Source: Octopus vulgaris (taxonomy: Eukaryota). From it: a stretch of DNA of 64,000 nt. Position numbers and translations under genes: made by a program. Of this stretch, positions 52,430 to 64,000 are shown piece after piece. The notes below the pieces were generated by a model that worked only from the letters and a program-made list of their open reading frames with translations, had not been told where the DNA came from and ran no database searches. Every line of letters starts with the position of its first letter. Position 1 is the first letter of the stretch. The stretch covers positions 6,696,001 through 6,760,000 of the forward strand of contig OX597821.1 in assembly GCA_951406725.2 (NCBI GenBank). Reading direction: 5' to 3'.

Positions 52430-52864
52430 TATATATATATGTATATTTATATGTAGAATATTTTCTTCCAAATAATCATATGACAATATTCTAATTGAAC
52501 CTTCATCATTAGGGTTTTTTTTTTGATATCTTCATATGCGCCAGACACAGTTTGTATAAACCTAACAGCTAAATTTTGAAAATTGACTTAAACACTTAAA
52601 ATATACCTGTTATAGCAATAACAGTTCCACACATCAATAACAATTGTATGTGTATGCATTTGTTGTCTTATTATAAAGATGAGACTGTGAAGTCTAGAAA
52701 GATTAATGATTACGAAGGATTATGAGGGATTTTGTTATTCCAAACAGTTAGGGAATTCATGTGGAAAAAGAGGGTAAATCTAGACCATAGTCATGTCTTT
52801 ATATGTTCATTCAAATCTGATTATATACATATATATATATTTTATTTTTCTGTATTTCATTAAG

Positions 52865-53410
52865 GTGGTTCAACCTCTTCTGGATCAGGTGGAGACAAAA
52901 ACTTTGATGATCCCAACATCTCGCCTTTAGGATCTGTAGAAAACTTGTACGAGCCAATCACACCAAAATATCCCGGACAACGAGATAATTATTATTATCC
53001 TGTGGATCCGTCACGTTCGAACTCTGCATCTCGAACTTCATCCAATGGCAGTAGTAACTTCCCTACAGAAGGCTACCTGGAACCGATAACCAGCATGCGT
53101 CCCCCCAGTGTCGTAACTACAGCTCCTGCCATTACAGCTGCAGTTGTTGCTGTAGGGACAGCCCCACCTGCAGCTGCAACTTTTAGCTCAGTCCCCAGTG
53201 AAACGACTGTCAAAATTCCAACAATGCATATTGAACCAGTGAGGACTTCACTTACAGAATCTTCAGCTGAATCATCCCCGCAGTTATCAGCTGAACTACC
53301 TCCGAATCAGATCCAGGAATCTCAACAACCAGAGATTCCTGAAGAGGAGGAAAGACAGATTATCTTAGCATCACAACCTATTTATGAAGAGATTAATGGA
53401 TACAGCAAAA
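52865..53410 (+). CDS. Exon of PEAK1/PRAG1-like pseudokinase gene (low-complexity linker with tyrosine motifs)
   Basis: ttaag| acceptor and a|gtaatg donor, phase 1 to 1, in frame with ORF 52945-53421; motifs LYEP, YLEP, IYEEI. Confidence 0.82.
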
Positions 53411-53459
53411 GTAATGTATAATATTTTTGAATTACCTTTTTGTTTTTTGTTTCCTAGGG

Positions 53460-53506
<47 letters not shown>

Positions 53507-55298
53507 GAGAGTGAGAGGTGAGGGATTGGATTAGTGTCTCGTTTTTCTATGTTAATATGCTACCTCATTGGAGATGTAACCATACATTTCTGTCCCTTGC
53601 TATTCCCTGTATGACACAACAGCACAGAGCTGAAACAATTGATATCACGAGAATCATACTAACTTAGTTTACAATCATTTCAAAGGAAGTGAGACACTCC
53701 CGAATGTAAGGGAGGAAAACTCTAGTCCTTTCTTCTATCATTTATGCAGAGTTCTGTAACAGAATCAATGCAGGATTGGGTTTTTGACTAAGAAAGTTTC
53801 AACAGGAGAGGAAGTTAACTATTTTCAGGACCATTTTTATAGTAACAAAGTGTATTAACAACCACTCGCATTTCTTTTGCTATCATGGTTTTAGTTAAGA
53901 AGGAAGGATTGTTGCCATTTGACATCGGTGAACCCTGAGTTTAATGTGAACAGACACATATGTATTTGAATGAATACCCTAACCCTAACCAGGGGTTAGT
54001 GGTTAGGCCACTCAGCTTATGATAGCAAGGTTATGAGTTCGATTCCCAGTAATGCATTGTGTCATAACCAACAAAGTGACAGCAGGGGTGTGTGTGTGTT
54101 ATATATATATATATATATCATCATATAATCATCATCATCATCATGATATGATATATATATATATATATATATATATTTTTATATACATTTACCTAGACAT
54201 ATTGATTTTATAGTTTTAATTTGAACTCAAAGACTGGCATCTTAAGTTTCATTCGTTTCTGAGAGTTATCTCCCATCCAGGCTTAAAATAAGGAACCTAA
54301 AGATTATTTTCTAACAAACCCAGGTACATATACCTGTGTAGAGAGAGATAACAGCTGATGAGGGCTATTGGTTGTGAAGCACACAGCTACATTCGTGCAG
54401 ATGTGTGTGTATGTGTATGAATGTATGTGTCTTTGTGTGCGTGTGTGTTTTCGTGCGTGCGTGTGTTTGTGTGCATGAGTGTATCGTGTGCGTGTGTGTG
54501 TAAAACCAGGTGTGGCTGTGTTGTAAGTTTGCATCCCAGTTGCATGGTTTTAGGTTCAGTCCCATTGTGTGTCACCTTGGGCAAGTGTCTTCTGCTCTGG
54601 GCCAACCAAAGCCTTGTGAGTGGATTTGGTAGGCAAAAACTGAAAGAAGCCTGGTGTATATATATATGTGTGTGTATCTGTGTGTGACTTTGTCTTGATA
54701 TCATGTGATAATTGTAAATGAGTTTCACTGTCATACAAGCAGTGTCATTCTTTCTGTGAACACATGTCTGGCCATGGGGAAATATTACATTGCTTGGAAA
54801 CAAGTGAGGATCAGCAACAGAGTGGATATCTGGGCATAGAAAATCTGCCTCAATAAACTTCATCTGACCCATACAAGCATGGAAAAGAGGGCATTAAAAT
54901 GATAATGCTCATGTAAAGAATGAAATGATTAGTTTTATAAAAACCATTGTTGTTGTGTGTATATATGTTCATACATATATATATATATATTTTATTTATG
55001 TGCCCTTTTCAAGCCTAGCCAGGCTCATGGGCCCGGTTTCCCAGTTTCTATGGCGTATGTGTTCCCCCCAGCTGGACGGTATGCCAGTCCATTGCAGCGT
55101 TACTCAGGAAACAGGAAGAAAGAGTGAGAGAAAGTTGAAGCGAAAGAGTACAACAGGGGCCGCCACCACCCCCTGCCAAAGCTTTGTGGAGATTTAGGTG
55201 TTTTCGTTCAATAAACACACACAACGCTTGGTCTGGGAATTGAAACTGCGATCCTCCAACCGTGAGTCCACTGCCCTAACCACTGGGCCATTGCCCTG

Positions 55299-55426
<128 letters not shown>

Positions 55427-55694
55427 GTTATAAAATGAGATAGGGGTTGAAAATTCAACCCACCATGGGATAATATGTATCCAATATACTGCTAGATAGG
55501 TACCCAACAAAAATTAATACATAGATGTTAGAAATTGTCAAGCAATCAGTTCATCTATTGTATTAAATTATTGTATTATATTATACAAGTGTAGCATTAT
55601 GATGTATAAGTTTTTATATTTTACTTTTTTATATTTTTATATTTATATGTATATGATTATATAATATTTTTCACTATTATAACAAATTTAATTT

Positions 55695-55810
55695 AATTCT
55701 CTGAAGAGGCCGTGGGGCATCTTTGTTAATGCCTCATTTATACCTGCCTTTATGGCTTATAGGTTAAATGAGGTATGACTGTCCTCACTGCCGAAACAGC
55801 TGTCAGTTTT
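55695..55810 (+). ncRNA. Hammerhead ribozyme-like motif with long stem II, in an AT-rich repeat between (TA)n tracts
   Basis: CTGAAGA (55701-55707) ggc..gtgggg..gcctcattta..acct / aggt taaatgaggt..cctcac..gcc GAAA cagctg TC ag; palindromic stem III; stem I only about 2 bp. Confidence 0.7.
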
Positions 55811-56009
55811 GATTTATTTGCATATTGTATTTGTAATTTTTTACTTATATCTCTTTATCTTTTTACTTTTACTATTACTGTATATCTCATTTCATTTTAT
55901 ATATTGCCTTTACTCCTATGTAATGGTGTATTAAAGTATGGATTGAGTATCATCGGATAGTTGATGTTTTATTGATTTAAGTATGTTTCTCCATTCTCTA
56001 ATTTTGTAG

Positions 56010-56147
<138 letters not shown>

Positions 56148-56171
56148 CATATATATATACATATATATTTA

Positions 56172-56240
56172 AACCACCTGAAGAATGACTGTAACTCGAA
56201 AATTTTAAGAATTGAACAGCCATGAAACGATCGTAGTGTT
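56172..56240 (+). ncRNA. Type I hammerhead ribozyme motif
   Basis: cac CTGAAGA atgactg...cagccat GAAA cgatcg TA gtg; stem I cac/gtg, stem II atg/cat, palindromic stem III, GUA site. Confidence 0.8.
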
Positions 56241-56462
56241 ATATTAATTATCTTTTTTAATAATTTTGATATATATTTAAATAATATAAATTAATTAATC
56301 TTATGTATTGGCTTAAGTTTTTCATTGTATGATTTGCCTAATATTGGTTTTATCTCTAATTTAATATAATATAATATTTTACTATAAAATTGGATTCAAT
56401 CCTAAATCTGATTTTTCCCCTGTAAGTTTGGATTTATTCCCTTTTATTTTATTTTATTTATA

Positions 56463-56506
<44 letters not shown>

Positions 56507-56524
56507 TATATATATACATATGTA

Positions 56525-56738
56525 CTTTATTAAAAAGCAGCAAAAATATCACAAAAACTGTTACTCAGAGTTTCATGTTCCCGTTCATCAAATGGGAATG
56601 TGGGTTGGGAACGTGAAAGTCTGAGTAACAGTTTTTGTGATATTTTTGCTGCTTTTCAATAAAGCATACTACTCTACCTCTGGTATTTGAGTACTCTTTT
56701 TTCCACCTTGTTTCACATTTAAGTGCTTACTCTAGTGT
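56525..56738. mobile_element. Palindromic element with hammerhead-like core (family of 2148-2313)
   Basis: Arms 56525-56583 / 56607-56664; minus strand TTGATGA acg ggaa cat GAAA ctctgag TA acag; same tail as 2242-2313. Confidence 0.7.
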
Positions 56739-57099
56739 ACATATATATATATATATATATAAAGGGTAAAGACCCCCTTCGGTCAGGCACTGACCATGGG
56801 TTTGCACCTAGAGAGATACCCTCTGAGGCACAAGTCTGGGCAAGGTTGTTTTTATGGAAGACCAGCAGTCGCCCATGCATACCGGCCTCCCCTCTCCACG
56901 TCACCGATGTTATCCAAGCGAAAAGCAAAGAGGCCGATACAGCTTGGCACCTGTGACGTCGCAACTCGTTTCTACAGCTGAGTGAACTGGAGCAACGTGA
57001 AATAAAGTGCCTTGCTCAAGAACACAACACGCAGCCCCGTCCGGGATTCGAGCTCACAACCTCACGATCGTAAGCTCGACGCTCTAACCACTGAGCCAT

Positions 57100-57147
<48 letters not shown>

Positions 57148-57670
57148 GGCTGCATGGCATTTGATTATAAATTTTAAAAAATACACATTAAGTACAGGAC
57201 ATCACGAAAGAGTGAAAAATATGTAAAAACATGAGAGATGAGTATGGGACAAAACACTAAAAGAAGATAACTCCTCATCAGTTGTCAACTGTTTTACTAC
57301 TTCCTACTTCATGCTTATATATATATAATCCTTGTAATTTTTATGTCTGCCTTTCCTTGCTTGCATAGATTGGACAATTCCTTCCCAACACATCACTGTT
57401 TGCTGTATTCTTTTGTTATCTCTTTTGTGGGGATCTTAGTATTTTGATACTAGCCTTTACCACACACACACTCACACATTAAAATACCAAATCATTCATC
57501 TTTTATTTTGGGTGTGATGTTGTTAGAAAGTTTATTACTTTCTCTAAAAAAGTGAATTACCAGAAACTCTGAAATAAAATGCAAGAACATATACCAATTT
57601 GGAAGTAATCTGATCTGAAGCCATTCCAATTTTTAGGTGAATAATTTTTCAAATATTTTATCTTTTGCAG

Positions 57671-58188
57671 ATAATGCTGATGAAGGTGGACCTCCACCTT
57701 TGCCCAAGGACAACAGAATCCCCCGCTCAACTGTTGGGGAGGCAAAAACGCCAATACAATCACGCTCATCAGAAGACCTGCTAGAACACTGTACACAGAC
57801 ACCACAGCCTCCGTTGGCGCCTCTTCCTCAACCAACAATGGGCACTTTAACTCGACCCAAGCCAGCTCCGAGACGTAAACCCAAGCGACCACATGGTGCC
57901 CCCCCAGAACAGTATGTAGCAATGAATAGGCCTGCTACAGTGACAATAAGTCTAGGTGCAGATGATGTGAAGGAGATGTACAGCAAACTGACCAACATGA
58001 ACCAAGATACTCTGCAACACATTCACAACTATTTTGAAAGCATCTTCTCTCGAGGTTTAGACCGAACCCTGGGTTTCTTGAAATGGTCAGACTTCGAGTT
58101 AATTAGTAAACAGCCTGTACATACATCAGAAGATTGTATTGTATATGGTGCAAAATTGTTACAGGACAAAGCATCTTGCCATCTTGTT
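57671..58188 (+). CDS. PEAK1: Exon of PEAK1/PRAG1-like pseudokinase (PPPLPK motif, N-terminal SHED helix, start of kinase-like fold)
   Basis: ttttgcag| acceptor and gtt|gtaagt donor, phase 1 to 0. GPPPLPK and YSKLTNMNQDTLQHI...F...KWSDFELISKQP..EDCIVY resemble the PEAK family as recalled; exact orthologue uncertain. Confidence 0.85.
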
Positions 58189-58215
58189 GTAAGTACACAG
58201 ACATATATATATATA

Positions 58216-58545
58216 TGTTATTATCCCTGCCTTAGCAAAGGCCAAGGTATTGTTTTTAGTTGTGTTTGTTTGTTTGTCCTTGGACAAGAGATTTCAAAAA
58301 CTGGTGGATGGAATAGGATGAAACTTTCAGAGATGTTTGGCCTCATGATTGGCATGAACTGGTTAGCTTTTGGGATCAATCTGGTACAAGACAAGGATTC
58401 TGGATTATTTTTCCTGTTTTTTACTTAATCTTTGAGAGCGGTCAGATTCATTTTTAGTATTCTCATTTGTGAGAGCAGTTAAGTTTATTTCAGATATTCT
58501 CATTTTAAAAATCATCTCTAGCTAATCATTGAAAGAACATTGTTG
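58216..58545. mobile_element. Probable Helentron-associated (HINE/DINE-like) non-autonomous element
   Basis: Starts ttattatccctgcc, then (gttt)n, then ...ggatgaaacttt layout; it extends ORF 57637-58428 artefactually past the splice donor. Confidence 0.4.
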
Positions 58546-59714
58546 TTGCCCCTCTTTCCCCGAAATTGCTGGCCTTGTGACAAAATTTGAAATCAGTATT
58601 AAAGGATAAAGTAATAAGAAAAAGAAAGGTGGAAGTACAGCTCATTAAATATTTAACAGCATTTTTTCTGGCTCTTTACATTCTGAGTTCAAATCCCGTC
58701 AAGGGCAACTTTACCTTTTATCCTTGCAGGTCAATAAAATAAGTACCAGTCACATATTGGGCATTGACGAAATCGATTTGCCTCCTCCTCTCAAACTTGT
58801 TGACCTTGTGACAAAATTAGAAAGGATTATTCGTAAATGATAACAGCAGTGGATTAGCAGAACTGTTAGGATGTCAGACAAGATGCGTTATTTCATCCAA
58901 CTCCTTGAGGTCTGAGTCCAAATCTTTTTATTCCATGATCTATGGACCTTGGGAAAATTGTAGTCCTTTTAATATTTAGAAAGGGGTGGGGGGAATGAGA
59001 TGAGAAAGAAATGGTTATTGTTAACTTGTATTGTTATCTTTTTCTTGTTTCAGTCATTAGACTGAGGCCATGCTGGGGCACCACCTTGAAGAACTTTTAG
59101 TTGAATGAATCGACCCCAGTATATGTTGTTTTTTAAGCTTGGTACTCATTCTATTGGTCTCTTTTGCAGAGCCATTAAATTACAGGGACATAAACACACA
59201 AACACCATTTGTCAAGCAGTGGTGGGGGACAAATAAAGATGGAAAGACACACACACACACACACACACACTCATATATATATATACAACGGGTTTTTTTC
59301 AGTTTCTGTCAACCAGATCCCCTTACAAGGCTTTGATTGGTCTGAGGCTATAGCAGAAGACACTTGCCCAAGGTGCCATGCAGCAGGACTGAACCCAGAA
59401 CTCTGCGATTGAGAAGCAAACTTGTTATCACACAGCCACACCTATCTCTAAACATATTCACTATCATCATCATTTGATGTTCTTTTCCCATGCCAGCATG
59501 GGTTGGGAGAGTTCAACAGAGGCTCGTTAGCTAGAGGACCGTACCAAGAACCAATGTTTGCCTTGGCATGGTTTCTTTGGCTGAATGTTCTTCCTGAATG
59601 TACAAAGTGCTTTCCATGTGTTTGTTGAAAATGAAGCTTTAATTTCAGGGATGATATACAAGAAGATATCGTTTGTGACTAATTTGTTTTTATTTTTCAA
59701 CTTTCTACTTGCAG

Positions 59715-60569
59715 CTGACCCACGGCAATAACGTCTGTGATTCCTACGTACCACACCCTGCTTTCATGAGACTTCAGAACCTTTCTGCCAATGACATTCC
59801 TGCATCATTCCTTCCATCAATGACTGACAACACTGACCAGTGTTCAGTTTTTCCGATAGGATCTTCATCTTCATCCACAGCAGTCATCCCGAGTCCTCAT
59901 TGGCACCTAGCTGTTGGTCAGTACTCATCAATGGTCACCTGGCACGACTACATCACTGACCTTAAAGACACCATGCTGCACAACCCAGACAGCTTTGTCC
60001 AGATTTTGTCTTTCCTTTTCCTGCAAGTCGTCAGTGGGATTCTGCATCATCTCGATCGGGGATCCCCGCAGCTTCACTTCCGACCAGTTAGAATATTCCT
60101 TCTATCTCAGAAGAACTTCAGTGGAAAACGTGTGTGTTTGCTCCCTTCTTTCAAAGCTGATAATAAACTACCATCAGATATGAATGATTTCTGTGCCAAA
60201 CTCTTGCATAATCTCTTTGACAAGTATCTCTTTGATGATGAGAAGCTTTTAGAATGTTCCAAGGGTTTGTATCGAGGACTTGAGCTGCTCCAATCAGACA
60301 AGCCAGATTGCCTAGCTATCGTCAGGGGTATGCTGGAGCTTGTCATTTGGGGACCTTACCCAAGTGAGCTTGCAGGGAGCACTTTCACTAGTCAGGAACA
60401 AGCTTATGACTTTTGGCTGGACAAGGAGAGAGCAATGATGGTCAACCGGTTCGCTCGGTGCTCTCTTGATCCGAGTGGAAGCTTTTCAATAGAGGACTTT
60501 TATAAATTAAGATTCTTGTTAAACTCAACTGGAACAACACTTGTCGAGAATTCACAATATATCAGTTAG
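59715..60569 (+). CDS. PEAK1: Terminal coding exon of PEAK1/PRAG1-like pseudokinase
   Basis: ttgcag| acceptor, phase 0, TAG stop. LFLQVVSGILH, LELVIWGP, WLDKERAMMVNRFA and SIEDFYKLRFL match the PEAK-family C-terminal pattern (L..LLWGP..WLD.KR....KFA...LED); no HRD or DFG. Confidence 0.88.
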   Translation: MTHGNNVCDSYVPHPAFMRLQNLSANDIPASFLPSMTDNTDQCSVFPIGSSSSSTAVIPSPHWHLAVGQYSSMVTWHDYITDLKDTMLHNPDSFVQILSFLFLQVVSGILHHLDRGSPQLHFRPVRIFLLSQKNFSGKRVCLLPSFKADNKLPSDMNDFCAKLLHNLFDKYLFDDEKLLECSKGLYRGLELLQSDKPDCLAIVRGMLELVIWGPYPSELAGSTFTSQEQAYDFWLDKERAMMVNRFARCSLDPSGSFSIEDFYKLRFLLNSTGTTLVENSQYIS

Positions 60570-63500
60570 CCTAAAGTACATGTTTTTATTTTGTTGTTTT
60601 TTTTTTTCTGTTTGAAAATAAAAAAAAAAATATTTAAAAAATTTAAAAAAAAAACCCTGAAAAGACATATCAGACATTATCAAATGTATTTGTTCTTATT
60701 TTGGATTGTATAGCCCCATTTTACTCCTTTCTGTTGACCCCTCTTCTGTTATAAGGTATATATTAAAAAGATACAAAAAAAAAAATCAAAAAAGAAACAA
60801 AGAAAAAAGCCAGAAAAGAACAACAACTAAAGCAAAAAAATTGGAAAATTGAAATTTGGATTTTGCATTGTCTCTTTTTTTTTTGTAAATTATAATTAAA
60901 ATTTGTTAATGCCCAAATATGGTTTTGTACAGAGCTAATTATGGTGTAATTAATGTTACAGTAAGAAACAGGCTTCAAGTACAGCAAAGATGAGTCAACT
61001 TGTCTTCACCCAATTTGTCTTTCTGAGAGTAAAACGAGTAAACTTGCCCAAAACATAGAATTTCAAAAACAGACACAGATGAGCTTTTATGTCAATTCTT
61101 GGCAATTCTTGGTTTTTATCTGTTTTTTTTATTTTTTTACAAATTATTCCCAGATGTCAAACTCAGAAGATGACAATAAGTATCATCTTTCTATTAGAAT
61201 CTCGGATACATCAGATGAGAATGCAAGCTTGTGTGATAAAAAAAAGGGCATCTGAAAATGAAACATTTTCTCCAAAAAAGTTACCTGGGAAGGGGTTAAA
61301 GACAAGTTCGTTCCAGTGTCTCAAGTGCACATGCAATGGACTCAATTATATTCAGTTCCTGTACAGTAAGGGTTAGGGTTTTACTGAAGACAAATACTCT
61401 TACTCTTTACTCTCTTTTACTTGTTTCAGGCATTTGACTGGCCATGCTGGAGCACCACCTTTAGTCGAGCAAATCGACCCCAGGACTTATTCTTTGTAAG
61501 CCTAGTACTTATTCTATCGGTCTCTTTTGCCGAACCACTAAGTTACGGGGACATAAACACACCAGCATCGGTTGTCAAACGATGTTCAGAGGACAAACAC
61601 AGGCACACAAACATACACACACACACACACACACACACATATGTATATATATACGATAGGCTTCTTTCAGTTTCTGTCTACCAAATCCGCTCACAAGGCT
61701 TTGGTCGGCCCGAGGCTATAGTAGAAGACACTTGCCCAAGGTGTCGCACAGTGGGACTCAACCCGGAACCATGTGGTTGGTAAGCAAGCTACTTACCACA
61801 CAGCCACTCCTATGCCTATTTATATTAAAAAATCTCTAATTTATCTTTCAGCTTCCTCTCTGTCTGAATAATGAGTATTTCACCAATTATGAAGTATTTT
61901 TTTTCTGTCTTTTTTATCACTTGGTCAGGAGAGAAGAGCAGTGTTCCTAACCCTATAAAGGGTCTCTGACACTTGAGGGAAACAGGGCCAGAGGAAAATA
62001 TTTTCAAACCAGAGACCTGGCCAGAATGCTTGCAACAGTAGATTTCACTAAAGAAACCAAAGGATTAGATGATTGTGTTAAACCAGGTAACCTTCCAATA
62101 GGCTACAGTGGGATTTGAACTCAGAGAATGAACTGAAATGAACACTGCATGGCATCCCATTTGATACTCTTGGAACTCTGTCCCTATAGCCACACTAAAT
62201 TGATATCTCATTTATTGATGAAGGGCGGAATTGTACTTTGTAGGCTTTTAATTCAGTCCATTCTGTAAGGAGACCACTTTGTAAGATGGTTGGTGTTAGG
62301 AAAACCCTGCCAAAACAGACAGTGAATCCTGCTACAGGCTTCTTCCTATCCAGCCCCCGTCAAACCGCTCAATCTATGCCAGCATGGAAAGCAGATCTTA
62401 AATGTTAATGATGATGATGGTGATGATGCAAGAAGCTGGAATAGATGCTAAAGTATTTCATCTGATGCTCTAAGCAACTCAGTCACTTTACCACTTATAC
62501 TACATTGAAGACAAAGTCATACTCTTTTCTCTTTTACTTATTTCAGTCATTTGACTGCAGCCATGCTGGAGCACCGCCTTTAGTCGAGCAAATTGACCCC
62601 AGGACTTATTCTTTGGAAGCCTAGTACTTATTCTATTGGTCTCCTTTGTCGAACTGCCAAGTTACGGGGATGTAAACACACCAGCATTGGTTGTCAAGCA
62701 AATGTTTTTCACGAGCCACCGAGACAAGTGCCAGTGAGGCAGTGCTGGTACCAAGATATGTGCTTGATAGAAATTGTGTGGAAGCCTCTCTGACAGACTC
62801 CATCTGTTTGTTCTAGGATGGTTGGCTTCACCTTTCACCTGGTTAAAACACCACAACCTCGTCCTTGGCTGCCTTTCTGATGTAACCATTTAGAGTAAAT
62901 CTTCACATAGGCACAAGCATGGCTGTGTTGTTTGAAATTTGCTTCCGAACCACATGGTTCTAGGTTCAGTCCCACTGCATGGCACCTTGGGCAAGTGTTT
63001 TCTACTGCAGAGATGTACAAACATATACACACACACATACATATATATATATATACGACGGGCTTCTTTCAGTTTCCGTCTACCAGATCCACTCACAAGG
63101 CTTTGGTCTGCCCGAGGCTATAGTAGAAGACACTTGCCCAAGGTGCCACACAGTGGGACTGAACCCGGAACCATGTGGTTGGTAAGAAAGCTATTTAACT
63201 CACACGTTTGTACCCCTCCTGCATGGTTTTGAGTTCAGACCCATTGCATAGAACCTTGAACAAGTGTCTTCTATAGCCACAGGCTGACCAAACTGAAAGA
63301 AGCCTATTGTGTATGTGTGTGTGTATGTTTGTTATTTCTTTATTGCCTACAATGGGCTAAACATAGAGGGGACAAACAAAGGGGTTAAGTCGATTACATC
63401 GACCCCAGTACGTAACTGGTACTTAATTTATCAACCCGGAAAGGATGAAAGGCAAAGTCAACCTCGGCGGAATTGGAACTCAGAATGTAACAGCAGATGA

Positions 63501-64000
63501 AATACCACTAAGCATTTCGCCTGGCATGCTAACGTTTCTGCCAGCTCACCAGCTCGTGTGTGTGTATGTTTGTGTCTCCTTGTCTTGATACTGCGTGATG
63601 GTTGTAAATGAGTGTCACTGTCGTACAAGCTGTGTTGTTCATTTCCAATCTTCTATGAACACATCTCTGGCCATGGGAAAACATTACCTTGCTTGGAAAC
63701 ATGTGAAGGTTAGCAACAAGAAGAACATCTGACTGTAGAAAATCTGCTTCAATAGATTCCCTCTGAGCCATGCAAGCATAGAAAAGTGGATGTAAATATG
63801 ATGGTATTTCCAATAAAGAATGCTGAATGGTAAAGGAGAACAACGGAATTGCAGATTTGTTAGAACATCAGATTAATATCTTTGGGTATTGCTTCCATCT
63901 TTTAATGTTCCGTGTGAAAATCCTTCTGAAGTCAACTTGGCCATTCATCGTAGATAAAATAAAATAGGTGTAAAGTACTTGTGTCAGTTTATTCAACTGT

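Noticed and set aside
53977-54007. Telomere-like ccctaaccctaa; also agggttagggtt near 61369
   Set aside because: Only two units; adjacent to a SINE head and expected by chance.
58189-58428. C-terminal extension of ORF 57637-58428
   Set aside because: Lies beyond the gtaagt donor at 58189 and runs through a repeat; intronic.

Overview
AT-rich, microsatellite- and retroposon-dense eukaryotic DNA; the repeat families look like octopus/cephalopod ones (inference from recall, no search run). One host gene is supported: a + strand PEAK1/PRAG1-family pseudokinase with four phase-compatible exons (47530-47611, 52865-53410, 57671-58188, 59715-60569) and candidate upstream exons. The rest is transposon-derived: a 5'-truncated RTE LINE with a PHD-type finger and many copies of its 3' end, R4/Dong fragments in (TAA)n, a decayed full-length mariner, a Tc1 end, a non-autonomous Helitron, hAT and TTAA-type MITEs, tRNA-derived SINEs and an 18S rRNA/ITS1 fragment. 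The main find is a non-coding 535-bp tandem array (6 direct units plus about 2 inverted units, 4111-8412) in which each intact unit carries a type I hammerhead ribozyme with a palindromic stem III, a retrozyme/Penelope pLTR-like architecture. At least three other hammerhead-bearing repeat types are dispersed through the window. Most short ORFs in the track are microsatellite or repeat artefacts.
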